A DNA stretch of 64,000 bases from an uncultured Chloroflexia bacterium (GCA_963749705.1 CAVVNQ010000004.1:32001-96000); one strand, 5' to 3'; positions 37,052 through 47,465 are shown, counted from the first letter of the stretch. Notes: a model not told the origin generated them from the sequence alone. Program-made: numbers and translations.

Positions 37052-39730
37052 TCAGCGCGCGAGCGGATCCTGCGCCTCGGGGTCGACGCCGAGCTCCCGG
37101 ATCATCGCCGCGGCGCGCGTGCCGTCGATCGCGCCGGTGCGGGCAAGGCCGGCCAGCGCCGCCGCCACGATGTGCGGCGGATCGATCTCGAAGTACCCCC
37201 GCAGCGCCTCGCGCGTGTCGCTCCTGCCGAACCCATCGGTGCCCAGCGTGAGGTATGGCTGCGGAACCCAGCGGGCGACCATGTCCGGAAGCGAGCGGAT
37301 CCAGTCCGTGGCGACCACGATCGGGCCGCCGTCGGCACCCAGCACGCTGCTCACGTACGGCACCCGCGGCTCCTGGTCCGGGTTGAGCCGGTTCCAGCGG
37401 TCGACCGCGAGCGCCTCGTGGCGGAGCTGCTGGAACGACGTCGCCGAGTACACCTCGGCGGCGACGCCGAACTGCTCGGCCAGGACGTCCCGGGCGGCGA
37501 TCACCTGCTGCATGATCGAGCCGGACCCCACCAGCCGCACCTGGCCCAGCGGGTTCTCGAGCTCGGGCGCCGCGGCGTAGCGGTAGATCCCCTTGATGAT
37601 CCCCTCGTCGACACCGTCCGGCCTGGGCGGCTGCGGGTAGTTCTCGTTGTACAGGCTGACGTAGTAGAAGACGTCCTCGCCGTCGCCGTACATGCGCCCG
37701 ATCCCCTCGCGGATCACCGTCGCCAGCTCGTACGCGAACGCCGGGTCATAGGCGCGGATGACCGGGATCGTCGATGCCAGGACATGCGACTGGCCGTCGT
37801 CGTGCTGGAGGCCCTCGCCTGCGAGCGTGGTCCGCCCGGCCGTCGCACCGAGCATGAAGCCGCGCCCCCGCTGGTCGCCGAACAGCCATGCCTGGTCGCC
37901 GGTCCGCTGGAACCCGAACATCGAGTAGTAGATGTAGAACGGCACCATCGGCTCGCCGTGGGTCGCGTAGGACGTGCCCGCGGCCTGGAACGAGGCCATC
38001 GACCCCGCCTCGTTGATCCCCTCCTCGAGGACCTGGCCGTCGGTTGCCTCGCGATACGAGAGCAGGAGCTCGGAATCCACGGGCTCGTAGCGCTGCCCGA
38101 GCGCCGCATAGATGCCGGCTTCCTTGAACAGCGGGTCCATGCCGAACGTGCGCGCCTCGTCGGGGATGATCGGCACGATCCGTTGCCCGATCTGCGGGTC
38201 GCGCATCAGGTTCCGCAGCAGTCGGGTGAACACCATCGTGGTCGAGACCGCGGTCGCACTGCCCGCGTCGAACTCCTTGTCCACGTTGCCACCGGGCGCC
38301 GGCAGCGGCTGGGCGCGCACGACGCGTCGCGGCACCGGGCCTCCCAGCTGGGCGCGGCGCTCGATCATGTACCGGACTTCCTCGGATTCGGGTCCGGGAT
38401 GGAAGTACGGCGCGTCCTTGAGCTTGGCGTCCGGGATCGGCAGCTCCAGGCGGTCGCGGAACACGCGCAGCTCCGCCTCGCTCAGCTTCTTTGCCTGGTG
38501 CGTGATGTTGCGCGCCTCGACGCCGGCGCCAAGGGTCCAGCCCTTGACGGTCTTGGCCAGCACGACCGTCGGCGCGCCGCGGTACTCGGTGGCGGCCTTG
38601 TACGCGGCGTAGACCTTGCGATAGTCGTGACCACCCCGGCGCAGGTGCAGCAGGTCATCGTCGGACAGGTGCTCGACCAGGCGGCGCAGGCGCGGATCCG
38701 GCCCGAAGAACCGCTCGCGGACGTAGTCGCCGCTCGAGACGGAGAACTTCTGGAACTCGCCGTCGAGGGTGTCGTTCATCTTCTCGACCAGGACGCCGTC
38801 GACGTCGCGCGCCAGGAGCTCGTCCCACTCGCGACCCCAGACGACCTTGATCACGTTCCAGCCGGCGCCGCGGAACAGCCCCTCGAGCTCCTGGATGATC
38901 TTGCCGTTCCCTCGGACGGGACCGTCCAGCCGCTGGAGGTTGCAGTTGATGACGAAGGTCAGGTTGTCCAGCCCCTCGCGGGCCGCCAGCGAGATCCCGG
39001 CGATCGACTCGGGCTCGTCCATCTCGCCATCGCCCAGGAACGCCCACACGCGCTGCGCCGACGTGTCGCGGATGCCGCGATTGGCCAGGTATCGGTTGAA
39101 CCGGGCCTGGTAGATCGCGGCCAGCGGCCCGAGCCCCATCGAGACCGTGGGGAACTCCCAGAAGTCCGGCATCAGGCGCGGGTGGGGGTACGAGCTGAGG
39201 CCCTTGCCACCGACCTCGCGCCGGAAGTGATCGAGCGCGTCCTCGTCGAGGCGGCCCTCGAGGAAGGCGCGCGCGTAGATCCCGGGCGCCGCGTGGCCCT
39301 GGAAGAAGACCTGGTCGCCGCCGCCCGGGTGGTCCTTGCCCTGGAAGAAGTGGTTGAAGCCGACCTCGTACAGGCTGGCCGCCGAGGCGTAGGTGGCCAG
39401 GTGGCCGCCGAGCCCGGGGTACCGGTTGTTCGCCCGCAGGACCATCGCCACCGCGTTCCAGCGGATCAGCCGCCGGATCCGGCGCTCGAGCTGCTCGTCA
39501 CCCGGGAAGAACGGCTCCTGCTCGGGGCTGATGGTGTTGATGTACCGGGTGCTCGTCAGGCTCGGCAGGCCGACGTGCAGCTGGCGCGCACGTTTGAGCA
39601 GCTTGAACATCAGGAAGCGGGCGCGGTTCTCGCCGCCGTCGGCGACGACCTGGTCGAGCGATTCGAGCCACTCGCGGGTCTCTGCCTCGTCGACGTCGGG
39701 CAGCTGGTGCTTGAACTCGTCGAAGTACAT
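37052..39730 (-). CDS. aceE: Pyruvate dehydrogenase E1, homodimeric type
   Basis: ETREWLES, YINTI, GGHLATYAS, FPTVSMGLG, GDGEMDEPES, NLQRLDGPV, PDEARTFG, GTDGFGRSDTR. Confidence 0.97.
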   Translation of the reverse strand: MYFDEFKHQLPDVDEAETREWLESLDQVVADGGENRARFLMFKLLKRARQLHVGLPSLTSTRYINTISPEQEPFFPGDEQLERRIRRLIRWNAVAMVLRANNRYPGLGGHLATYASAASLYEVGFNHFFQGKDHPGGGDQVFFQGHAAPGIYARAFLEGRLDEDALDHFRREVGGKGLSSYPHPRLMPDFWEFPTVSMGLGPLAAIYQARFNRYLANRGIRDTSAQRVWAFLGDGEMDEPESIAGISLAAREGLDNLTFVINCNLQRLDGPVRGNGKIIQELEGLFRGAGWNVIKVVWGREWDELLARDVDGVLVEKMNDTLDGEFQKFSVSSGDYVRERFFGPDPRLRRLVEHLSDDDLLHLRRGGHDYRKVYAAYKAATEYRGAPTVVLAKTVKGWTLGAGVEARNITHQAKKLSEAELRVFRDRLELPIPDAKLKDAPYFHPGPESEEVRYMIERRAQLGGPVPRRVVRAQPLPAPGGNVDKEFDAGSATAVSTTMVFTRLLRNLMRDPQIGQRIVPIIPDEARTFGMDPLFKEAGIYAALGQRYEPVDSELLLSYREATDGQVLEEGINEAGSMASFQAAGTSYATHGEPMVPFYIYYSMFGFQRTGDQAWLFGDQRGRGFMLGATAGRTTLAGEGLQHDDGQSHVLASTIPVIRAYDPAFAYELATVIREGIGRMYGDGEDVFYYVSLYNENYPQPPRPDGVDEGIIKGIYRYAAAPELENPLGQVRLVGSGSIMQQVIAARDVLAEQFGVAAEVYSATSFQQLRHEALAVDRWNRLNPDQEPRVPYVSSVLGADGGPIVVATDWIRSLPDMVARWVPQPYLTLGTDGFGRSDTREALRGYFEIDPPHIVAAALAGLARTGAIDGTRAAAMIRELGVDPEAQDPLAR

Positions 39731-39931
39731 CTGGGCTCCGTGGACGCAGGGCGGTGCTCGCCCGGGCGGCGTACAGGGTAGCCCCGATGCGGGCGGCTCG
39801 CGGTCCCTGGCAGACCACGCGGCGGTCGGTTCGACCGGCGCCGGCCCACGGATGGCGCGGCCGCGGCCGTCGCGGAGCGCGTCGACTTTGTGCGCGAGGC
39901 GCACACTAGGGTCGATGCGGAGGTATCCGGC

Positions 39932-40673
39932 CTGAGCGCTCAGCCCCTCGTCCTCGTCGCCGACGACGAGCCGAGGATCACCAAGCTCGTCTCGATCGCA
40001 CTCTCGGAGGAGGGGTTCCGGGTGCTCACCGCGGCGGGAGGCGAAGAGGCGCTTGCCAAGGCCGAGGAGGTCCGCCCGGACATCGTCCTGCTCGACATCG
40101 TGATGCCGGACCTCGACGGCATCGAGGTGATGCGCCAGCTGCGCGAGCGCCGCCCGGTGCCGGTGATCCTGCTCACCGCCAAGGGATCGACGTCGGACAA
40201 GGCGAAGGGCCTCGACCTCGGCGCGGACGACTACATCGCCAAGCCGTTCCACCCGGACGAGCTGGCGGCGCGCGTGCGCGCCGTGATCCGACGCTCCGGC
40301 GGCACGCAGCCCGCCGCCGGCGTGCTCCGCTTCGACGACATCGAGATCGACCTCGAGCGTCGGATGGTCACCCGCGCCGGGACGCTCGTCCAGCTGTCGC
40401 GGACGGAGTGGCTCCTGCTCCAGCACCTGGCGGGCAACGCCGGCAAGGTCGTCCTGCACAGCGAGCTGCTGACCAAGGTCTGGGGACCCGAGTACCGCGA
40501 CGACCTGCAGTACCTCCGCGTCTGGGTGTCGCGGGTCCGCCGCAAGCTGGGCGCCAGGCCGGGCGACCCAGGTCGCATCCGCACCTTCCAGGGGATCGGG
40601 TACCTGCTCGATGTCGAGGACACGATGCACGGGCCGAGCGCGCCCGCAGACGCCCGGTGCCGGCGAACCCTGA
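39932..40673 (+). CDS. OmpR/KdpE-type response regulator (probable CTG start; probable +1 indel near the 3' end, otherwise runs to 41008)
   Basis: VADD, LLDIVMP, LTAK, GADDYIAKPF, winged helix YLRVWVSRVRRK, GIGY. Confidence 0.88.
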
Positions 40674-40727
40674 ACCCGGCCGCATCCGCGCGGTCACGCA
40701 CGATGACGCCGGGGTACGCTTCCGTCC

Positions 40728-41354
40728 ATGCACAGGTACCGTCGCGGCGTCGCCCTGATCGTGGTCGACGTCCAGAACGACTTTGCGGATCCGGGAGGCA
40801 GCCTCAGCGTCCGCGGGGGTGCGGACGTCATCGCGGCGATCAACGAGCAGGTCGCCCTGGCGAACGCGGGCGGAGCGCTCGTGGTGTGCACCCAGGACTG
40901 GCACCCACGGCACACGCCGCACTTCGCAAAGGACGGCGGCGTGTGGCCGGACCACTGCGTCCAGGGGACCTGGGGCGCCGAGCTCCATCCCGCCCTCGCC
41001 GTCCCTGACGGCACGGCGATCGTGCGCAAGGGCGCCAACGGCGAGGACGGCTACTCCGGGTTCACGATGCGCGACCCGGTCACGGGCGAGTCGATCCCGA
41101 CGATGCTCGAGGGCCTGCTGCAGGAGGCTGCGGTGACCGACGTGGTCGTGGCCGGGCTGGCAACCGACTATTGCGTCAAGGCGACCGCGCTCGACGCGGT
41201 CCGGCTGGGCCTTGCGACCACCGTGCTGATCGATGCCGTGGCGGCGGTCGATCTCGAGCCCGGTGACGGCGACCGCTCGCTCGCGGACCTGCGGGCCGCC
41301 GGGGTCAGGCTGACGAGGTCAGAGCAGCTGGGAACCGGGAGCGGCGCCCGATGA
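40728..41354 (+). CDS. pncA: Nicotinamidase/pyrazinamidase
   Basis: VDVQNDF, DWHP, WPDHCVQG, KG, GLATDYCV. Confidence 0.9.
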   Translation: MHRYRRGVALIVVDVQNDFADPGGSLSVRGGADVIAAINEQVALANAGGALVVCTQDWHPRHTPHFAKDGGVWPDHCVQGTWGAELHPALAVPDGTAIVRKGANGEDGYSGFTMRDPVTGESIPTMLEGLLQEAAVTDVVVAGLATDYCVKATALDAVRLGLATTVLIDAVAAVDLEPGDGDRSLADLRAAGVRLTRSEQLGTGSGAR

Positions 41355-41893
41355 TCCGGCGGCTGGCGGTGCTGGCGGCGCTCGGGACGGCCGGCGCGTT
41401 CGTCATCGACCTCGCCCTGAAGGCGCGTCGCGGCGATGCGCCGGTGACGCCGCTGCGGATGCTGGCCGTCGTGGACGCGCCGATCGAGGAGACGTGGGCG
41501 GTGGTCGCGGACATCCCGCTCCAGACCGAATGGATGCGCGAGATGAAGCGGGTCGAGGTGCTCACGCCGGGACCCGTGGCCGTGGGCACCCGCGGCGTGG
41601 CGACCGTCCGGATCTTCGGGATCCCGGTCAGCGATCCGGTCGAGGTGACCGAGCTGGACAGGCCCAACCGGTACGCGATCCGGCACGAGGGCCTGTTCTC
41701 GGGCGGCGGCCTGATCACGCTCGAGCCGGGTGCCGACGGCAGTACGACGATCGTGCGCTGGGAGGAGACGCTCGCCGCCCCGGTGCTGCCCGAGCTCGCG
41801 GCGGTCGTCACGGGGCCGATCCTGCGCGCGATCTTCCAGGCCGACCTCCACCGGCTCAAGCGGCTGGTGGAGACCGGCTCGGCCGACGGCTGA
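41351..41893 (+). CDS. SRPBCC/polyketide cyclase family protein
   Basis: DAPIEETWAVVAD..W, DLHRLKRLVE; N-terminal hydrophobic segment. Confidence 0.85.
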   Translation: MIRRLAVLAALGTAGAFVIDLALKARRGDAPVTPLRMLAVVDAPIEETWAVVADIPLQTEWMREMKRVEVLTPGPVAVGTRGVATVRIFGIPVSDPVEVTELDRPNRYAIRHEGLFSGGGLITLEPGADGSTTIVRWEETLAAPVLPELAAVVTGPILRAIFQADLHRLKRLVETGSADG

Positions 41894-41919
41894 CGGCCGG
41901 CGGCTGACGGCCCGCGGAG

Positions 41920-42825
41920 ATGGACGTCCACCTGGTCGACGCGACCTACGAGCTGTTTCGCGCCCACTTCTCGCCGCGTCCGCCCGTCCTCGGCCGCGAC
42001 GGCGTGGTGCTGTCCGGTGTCAGCGGCCTGGTCGAGCAGCTGTGCTACCTGCTGCGCGAGCAGGGGGCGACCCACGTCGGCTGCGCGACCGACCGCGTCA
42101 TCCGCTCGTTCCGCAATGACCTGTATCCGGGCTACAAGACCGATGCCGGGGTCCCGCAGGAGCTGCTCGCCCAGTTCCCCATCGCGGAGCAGGCGATCGA
42201 GGCGCTGGGGCTCGTCCTGTGGCCGATGGTCGAGTACGAGGCCGACGACGCGATCGCGGCGGCCGCCGACCGGTTCGCAGCCGACCCGCGCGTGGACCGG
42301 GTCGTGATCTGCACGCCCGACAAGGACATGGCGCAATGCGTCCGCGACGCGCGGGTGGTGCTCTGGGATCGTCGTCGCGACGTGACCTACGACGATGCGG
42401 GCGTGCGGGCGAAGTGGGGGGTGCCGCCGGCCAGCGTGCCCGACCGGCTGGCGCTGGTGGGCGATGCGGCGGACGGGTTCCCGGGGCTGCCGGGCTGGGG
42501 CGACAAGTCCGCATCGGCGGTGCTCGCCCGCTACGGGCACCTGGAGGACATCCCGGTCTCGGGCAGCGCCTGGGACGTTCCCGGGCTGCGCAACCCCGTG
42601 GGACTGGCGGCGACGCTGCGCGACCAGATGGCCGATGCGCTGCTGTACCGCGACCTGGCCCGGCTGCGGACCGCCGCTGACGGGGTGCCGATCCCGGAGG
42701 CGAGCGTGGACGAGCTCCGCTGGGACGGCGCGGATCGTGAGGCGTGGTCGGCTTTCTGCGATGCGTGGGGCCTCGACCGGCTGCGGGAGCGACCGCACCG
42801 GTGGCGCGCCCCGCAGGCGTCCTGA
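41920..42825 (+). CDS. Stand-alone 5'-3' exonuclease / flap endonuclease
   Basis: LVD, GYK, EADD, DKD, H3TH GDAADGFPGLPGWG.K. Confidence 0.92.
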   Translation: MDVHLVDATYELFRAHFSPRPPVLGRDGVVLSGVSGLVEQLCYLLREQGATHVGCATDRVIRSFRNDLYPGYKTDAGVPQELLAQFPIAEQAIEALGLVLWPMVEYEADDAIAAAADRFAADPRVDRVVICTPDKDMAQCVRDARVVLWDRRRDVTYDDAGVRAKWGVPPASVPDRLALVGDAADGFPGLPGWGDKSASAVLARYGHLEDIPVSGSAWDVPGLRNPVGLAATLRDQMADALLYRDLARLRTAADGVPIPEASVDELRWDGADREAWSAFCDAWGLDRLRERPHRWRAPQAS

Positions 42826-42849
42826 CGACCTCGCCCGGGCGCCGTTCGG

Positions 42850-43767
42850 TCAGGGGCGCGGCGCCGCCTCCCCGGCAAGCCGGAGCAGGGCTGCATGGTG
42901 GGACGGCGGGGCGGCGACCACGCCGAATGCCCGGGTTGCCTTGGCCACGTCGAACCACGGACCACCCGCGGTATCGGTGACGGTCGCGCCCGCACGCTCG
43001 GCGATCAATCCGGCGGCGGCGACATCCCACGCCGACATGCCGCCGGACTGGACGAACGCGTCGAAGCGTCCGTTGGCGACGTACGCGAGCGCCAGCGCGG
43101 CCGAGCCCATGTTGCGCGAGACCCGGATCGCCCGTCGGACGGCACGCCCACGCGTGGCCACGGCGCGTCCGCCGAGCGCCAGCGACACCACGAAGTCGCT
43201 GAGCAGCTCCTTGTCCGACGCGGTCGTCGGGCGCCCGTTGAGCAGGGCCGGACCGTCGGCGGTCGCCGAGAACGTCTCCATGCGCATCGGGTCGTGGACC
43301 GCGCCGGCCGCCGGCCGGCCATCGACGATCAGGCCGACCGAGACGCAGAACACGGGGATGCCATTGGCGTAGTTGATGGTCCCGTCGAGCGGGTCCACGA
43401 TCCAGGTCCGCCCATGCTCGAGCCGGCGCGCCAGCCCTTCATCCTCCGGGCCGGCGCCGTCACCGGAGCCGGCGGCCGCGGGCCCGGAACCGGCCCCGTG
43501 ATGCGCCCCCGACTCCTCGGCCAGGATCCCGTCGCCCGGGAACCGCGTCCGGATCGCGTCGAGGATCAGCCGCTCCGAGAGGTGGTCGACCTCGGTGACC
43601 ACGTCGCGCGCCGACTTGTGATCGATCTGCTCGACCCGCTCGTAGCGCTCCAGCAGCACGCGCCCGGCCAGCTCGGCGATCTCGATGGCGAACGCCGCGT
43701 CGGCGGCAGAGACGCCAGGGCCGGGGTCGCCGGCAGATCGGCCGGGACCGGGGTCGGCCGCCGTCAC
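42850..43767 (-). CDS. Inositol monophosphatase family
   Basis: VTEVD, AEE, WIVDPLDGTINY, GSAAL, WDVAA. Confidence 0.92.
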   Translation of the reverse strand: MTAADPGPGRSAGDPGPGVSAADAAFAIEIAELAGRVLLERYERVEQIDHKSARDVVTEVDHLSERLILDAIRTRFPGDGILAEESGAHHGAGSGPAAAGSGDGAGPEDEGLARRLEHGRTWIVDPLDGTINYANGIPVFCVSVGLIVDGRPAAGAVHDPMRMETFSATADGPALLNGRPTTASDKELLSDFVVSLALGGRAVATRGRAVRRAIRVSRNMGSAALALAYVANGRFDAFVQSGGMSAWDVAAAGLIAERAGATVTDTAGGPWFDVAKATRAFGVVAAPPSHHAALLRLAGEAAPRP

Positions 43768-44243
43768 GACCCGCAGTCCGCGGTCAGCGGCCGGGCCGTC
43801 GTGCCCAGCGACACCACCACGGCATCGAACGACACCGTGGCCCCGCCGTCCACCATCGGGCTCTGGACGTACGCGGTCTCGGGTCCGATCCCGCGCAGCG
43901 ACGGGTCGTCGATCCGGCACGTGGTCCGGCCCGCCGACGAGCCCGTGTTGGTGATCGAGATCGTCACCCGCAGGCCGGCCGGGTCGGGCTGGATCCCCGT
44001 GACCTCCGAGGTGAACGGCCCGACATTGGTGATGGCGAGCCGTGCGAGCACGGCGAGCATGACGACGGCCGCGCCGATCGCGACGAACACCGTGCCGTGC
44101 GCCTGCGATGCGCCGGGGGCCCGGAGGCCGAGCGGGTTGCAGCGCTCGCACATCGACTCCGACAGCGGGATCCGCGCGCCGCAGCGCACGCAACCGTGGA
44201 GCGGCTCGGTTGCCGAGGGCAGCTGGGAAGGCGTGGAGGTCAT
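43764..44243 (-). CDS. Zn-ribbon + transmembrane + beta-sandwich membrane protein
   Basis: CVRC..CERC, one TM helix, ITNTG; stop overlaps the IMPase start. Confidence 0.75.
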   Translation of the reverse strand: MTSTPSQLPSATEPLHGCVRCGARIPLSESMCERCNPLGLRAPGASQAHGTVFVAIGAAVVMLAVLARLAITNVGPFTSEVTGIQPDPAGLRVTISITNTGSSAGRTTCRIDDPSLRGIGPETAYVQSPMVDGGATVSFDAVVVSLGTTARPLTADCGS

Positions 44244-44343
44244 CTCGTCCGTTGCGTGTGGGCGGCGGGTCGCCGGATCGGGTGGAGCCCTCGATGGTGC
44301 CACGGATCGTCCGACGACGATCTCCGGTGTTGGTCGGCCAGAC

Positions 44344-45192
44344 CTACAGCTCGGTCTCGTACAGCCGGATGTCGTCCGGCGACACCGCGTGGCCGTCGCC
44401 GCGCGTGAACGCGAGGGCGTCCTTCGCCCCCAGCCCGTCGAGATCCGCCGGGAACCGCGCGATCATGTCCAGCACCACCTTGCGGATCGCCTCCGCGTTG
44501 CGGTTGAACACCTCCAGCACGTCGTGGGCGGTGACCGCCTCGGTGCCCTCGAGGACGCCGGCGTCGTAATCCGTGATGAGCGCGATGTTGACGACCGCCA
44601 TGCCCAGCTCCCGGCACAGGTATGCCTCCGGGTACTGGGTCATGTTGATGACCTCCCAGCCGGCATCGCTGAACCACTTCGACTCCGCCTTGGTCGAGAA
44701 GCGAGGACCCTGGATCACGACCACGGTGCCGCCCTCGTGGACCGTGATCCCGTGCTCGCGGATCACGTCGATCGCCAGCTGCCGCAGCGTCGGGTCGTAG
44801 GTCTCGGCCGATGAGACGTGGGACACGATGGGGCCGTCGAAGAAGGTGTGGTCACGCCCCGAGGTCCGGTCGACGAACTGGTCGGTGACCACGAAATGAC
44901 CCGGCTCGACGTGGAGCTGGAGCGAGCCGGCGGCGCACGGGCTGATCACCGCCTTGACGCCCAGCGAGCGCATCGCCCACACGTTCGCCCGGTAGTTGAT
45001 CCGGTGGGGCGGGATCGTGTGCCGTCGCCCGTGGCGCGGCAGGAACGCCACTCGCCGGCCGTCGACCGTCGCCAGGAAGAAGCTGTCCGATGGCGGGCCG
45101 TAGGGCGTGTCGACCTTGATCTCGCGCACGTCCTCGAGCAGCGAGTAGAAGCCCGAGCCCCCGAACACCCCGATCTCCGCCAGTTCCGCCAC
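44344..45192 (-). CDS. mtnP: S-methyl-5'-thioadenosine phosphorylase
   Basis: GVFGGSG, TPYGPPS, PRHG..H, NYRAN, GPRFSTKAES, INMT..PE, TDYD. Confidence 0.93.
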   Translation of the reverse strand: MAELAEIGVFGGSGFYSLLEDVREIKVDTPYGPPSDSFFLATVDGRRVAFLPRHGRRHTIPPHRINYRANVWAMRSLGVKAVISPCAAGSLQLHVEPGHFVVTDQFVDRTSGRDHTFFDGPIVSHVSSAETYDPTLRQLAIDVIREHGITVHEGGTVVVIQGPRFSTKAESKWFSDAGWEVINMTQYPEAYLCRELGMAVVNIALITDYDAGVLEGTEAVTAHDVLEVFNRNAEAIRKVVLDMIARFPADLDGLGAKDALAFTRGDGHAVSPDDIRLYETEL

Positions 45193-45255
45193 CGACCGTC
45201 CTCCTGCAAGCTGCAGGGCATTCTCGCATGAGCCGCCGGCGCCTAGGATGATCGG

Positions 45256-45915
45256 ATGCACGAGCAGGATGCCGGGTTCGCGTCGACCCCGGCGCGGCTG
45301 TGGCTGGCGGACTGGCGGCGGCGCGTGTTCGAGCTGTACGCGGAGGTCCGCACGATGGCGGCGACGGATCCGCCGGCCGCCCGGGAGGCCTGGCGTCGCG
45401 AGCGCGAGGCGCTGTATCGAGGCCACCCCCAGTCGCCGGTCCCCGCCGTCGAGCGCGCGACCTTCCGCACCCTGGTCTGGCCGTACGACCCGGCGCTTCG
45501 GTTCTCGGTCGCCGTGGAGCCGGCGCCCGCGACCCCCGACGTCGGCTTGGGCATCTCGCTGCCCAACAGTGGCGATGACCGGCTCTCATTCCGCCGCCTG
45601 GGACACGTCGAGCTCCAGCTGCCGGCGGGCCTCCGGCGCCTCGCGGTGTACTGGATGGACGGCTACGCGGGAGGCCTGTTCCTGCCCGTCCGGGACGCCA
45701 CCAACGGATCCGGGACATACGGCGCCGGGCGCTACCTGCTGGATACGGGCAAGGGCGCGGACCTCGGGGGCGATCCCGCGGCCGGGACGCTGATCGTGGA
45801 CGCGAACTTCGCGTTCCAGCCGTCGTGTGCGTTCGACCCGGCCTGGGCCTGCCCGCTGGCCCCGCCGGAGAACCGGCTGGACGTCGCGCTGGAGGCCGGC
45901 GAGCGGCTGCGCTGA
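45256..45915 (+). CDS. DUF1684 family protein
   Basis: HPQSP, RDATNG..TYGAGRYL, D.NFA.QPSC..CPL.P.EN. Confidence 0.9.
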   Translation: MHEQDAGFASTPARLWLADWRRRVFELYAEVRTMAATDPPAAREAWRREREALYRGHPQSPVPAVERATFRTLVWPYDPALRFSVAVEPAPATPDVGLGISLPNSGDDRLSFRRLGHVELQLPAGLRRLAVYWMDGYAGGLFLPVRDATNGSGTYGAGRYLLDTGKGADLGGDPAAGTLIVDANFAFQPSCAFDPAWACPLAPPENRLDVALEAGERLR

Positions 45916-46018
45916 GCGCGTGACCGCGACACGGGGCCGGCGCGCGGCGCGGGCCTCTAACCTGGGATCGCGTCCACCGCGGCGCGGCCATATGCCCGGG
46001 CTCGCCTACCATGGCGGC

Positions 46019-46450
46019 ATGCCTGATGAGACCGACATCCTGACCGATCCCGCCCGCGACTTCCTCGCTCATCCCCATATCGCGTCCGTCGCCACGATCG
46101 ACCCCGACGGGAGCCCTCGCCAGACCGTCGTGTGGTACCGGCTCGATCCCGACGGCCGAGTGCTGCTCAACGGGCGGATGCCGCGCCGCTGGTGCAGCAA
46201 CCTCGCGCGCGACCGGCGCGTGGCGATCTCGGTCGTCGACGGCGCGGACCTGTATCGATGGATCGGCCTGACCGGGGTCGTCGAGGAGATCGATGACAGC
46301 CGTCCGCGCGCGCAGGACGACATCGTCGCGCTGGCGCATCGTTACCATCCGGAGGGCCCCGGCGACAATTCGATCGCGGCGTTCCGGGGCCAGTCGAGGG
46401 TGACCTTCCGGATCCGCGTCACGGGCATCCACGAGCATCTCGAGGATTGA
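46019..46450 (+). CDS. PPOX-class (FDOR) F420-dependent oxidoreductase
   Basis: ATIDPDGSPRQTVVWY, NLARD.RVAISV; adjacent to cofD. Confidence 0.85.
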   Translation: MPDETDILTDPARDFLAHPHIASVATIDPDGSPRQTVVWYRLDPDGRVLLNGRMPRRWCSNLARDRRVAISVVDGADLYRWIGLTGVVEEIDDSRPRAQDDIVALAHRYHPEGPGDNSIAAFRGQSRVTFRIRVTGIHEHLED

Positions 46451-46454
46451 CGCG

Positions 46455-47402
46455 GTGACGGGCGGAGGGGTCGTCGCCCTTGCCGGGGGCGTGGGCGGCG
46501 CCAAGCTCGCGGACGGCCTCCAGGCGCACGTGGGCGATCGCCTCTCGGTCATCGTCAACACCGGCGACGACTGCATCCGCCACGGGCTGCTGGTCATGCC
46601 CGACCACGACACCGTCGTCTACAACCTGGCCGGGATGGAGCAGGCGGCGCTGGGCTGGGGGATCGAGGGCGACACGCACGCGGCCATGGCCCAGCTGGGC
46701 ATGTACGGCGAGGAGACCTGGTTCGGGCTGGGTGACCGGGATCTCGCGCTCCACATCGTGCGCACGGCACGGGTCGCTGCCGGCGGACGCCTGACCGAGG
46801 TGTGCCTGGGGATCCAGACGTCGCTCGGGCTGGCGGCGGCTGTCCTCCCGATGACGGACGCGCAGGTCGCGACCGAGGTCCACGCCGCCGACGGCTGGCT
46901 GGAGTTCCAGGAGTACTTCGTCCACCGGCGCCAGGAACCCGAGGTCGACGAGGTCCGGTTCGCCGGCATCGAGGCGGCAACGCCGACGCCCGAGGTGATC
47001 GCAGCCCTCCGGGCGGCCGACGCGATCATCGTCTGCCCGTCGAACCCGATCGTGTCCGTGGCCCCGATCCTCGCGGTGCGGGGCATGCGCGAGGCCATCG
47101 ACGAGGCGCGGCGGCGCGGCGTGCCGGTGGCGGCAGTGAGCCCGATCATCGGCGGACGTGCGCTCAAGGGGCCTGCGGACCGGATGCTCGCCTCGCTCGG
47201 GCGTGAGGCGTCCGCCCTCGGCGTCGCGCGCGGCTACGCCGATCTCGCGGACGTGTTCGTGCTCGATTCCGTGGATGCCTCGCTTGCCCCGGAGATCGAG
47301 GCGCTCGGCCTGCGCGCGGTCGTGACCGACACGGTCATGAGCGACGACCCGTCGCGCAGTCGCCTCGCCGGCGAGGTCCTCGCGGCCGTCTCGCAATCCT
47401 GA
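46455..47402 (+). CDS. cofD: 2-phospho-L-lactate/phosphoenolpyruvate transferase
   Basis: LAGGVGGAK, NTGDD, LGDRDLA, FQEYFV, PSNP.VS, KGPA. Confidence 0.95.
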   Translation: MTGGGVVALAGGVGGAKLADGLQAHVGDRLSVIVNTGDDCIRHGLLVMPDHDTVVYNLAGMEQAALGWGIEGDTHAAMAQLGMYGEETWFGLGDRDLALHIVRTARVAAGGRLTEVCLGIQTSLGLAAAVLPMTDAQVATEVHAADGWLEFQEYFVHRRQEPEVDEVRFAGIEAATPTPEVIAALRAADAIIVCPSNPIVSVAPILAVRGMREAIDEARRRGVPVAAVSPIIGGRALKGPADRMLASLGREASALGVARGYADLADVFVLDSVDASLAPEIEALGLRAVVTDTVMSDDPSRSRLAGEVLAAVSQS

Positions 47403-47465
47403 GCCGGCCCGGTGCCGGACCGGCCGGCGCGGGTCGGGGTGGCTGCGCGAGGGTGCAGCGGCGTG

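Noticed and set aside
36005-39781. 1258-aa plus-strand ORF
   Set aside because: Antisense shadow of aceE and FTR1
39731-40630. 300-aa N-terminal extension of AceE in the ORF track
   Set aside because: Overlaps the response regulator antisense; homology begins at MYFDEFK (39730)
25470-40673. Programmed ribosomal frameshifting at the three frame breaks
   Set aside because: No slippery heptamers, the genes are unrelated, and all are +1 indels; sequence error is more parsimonious
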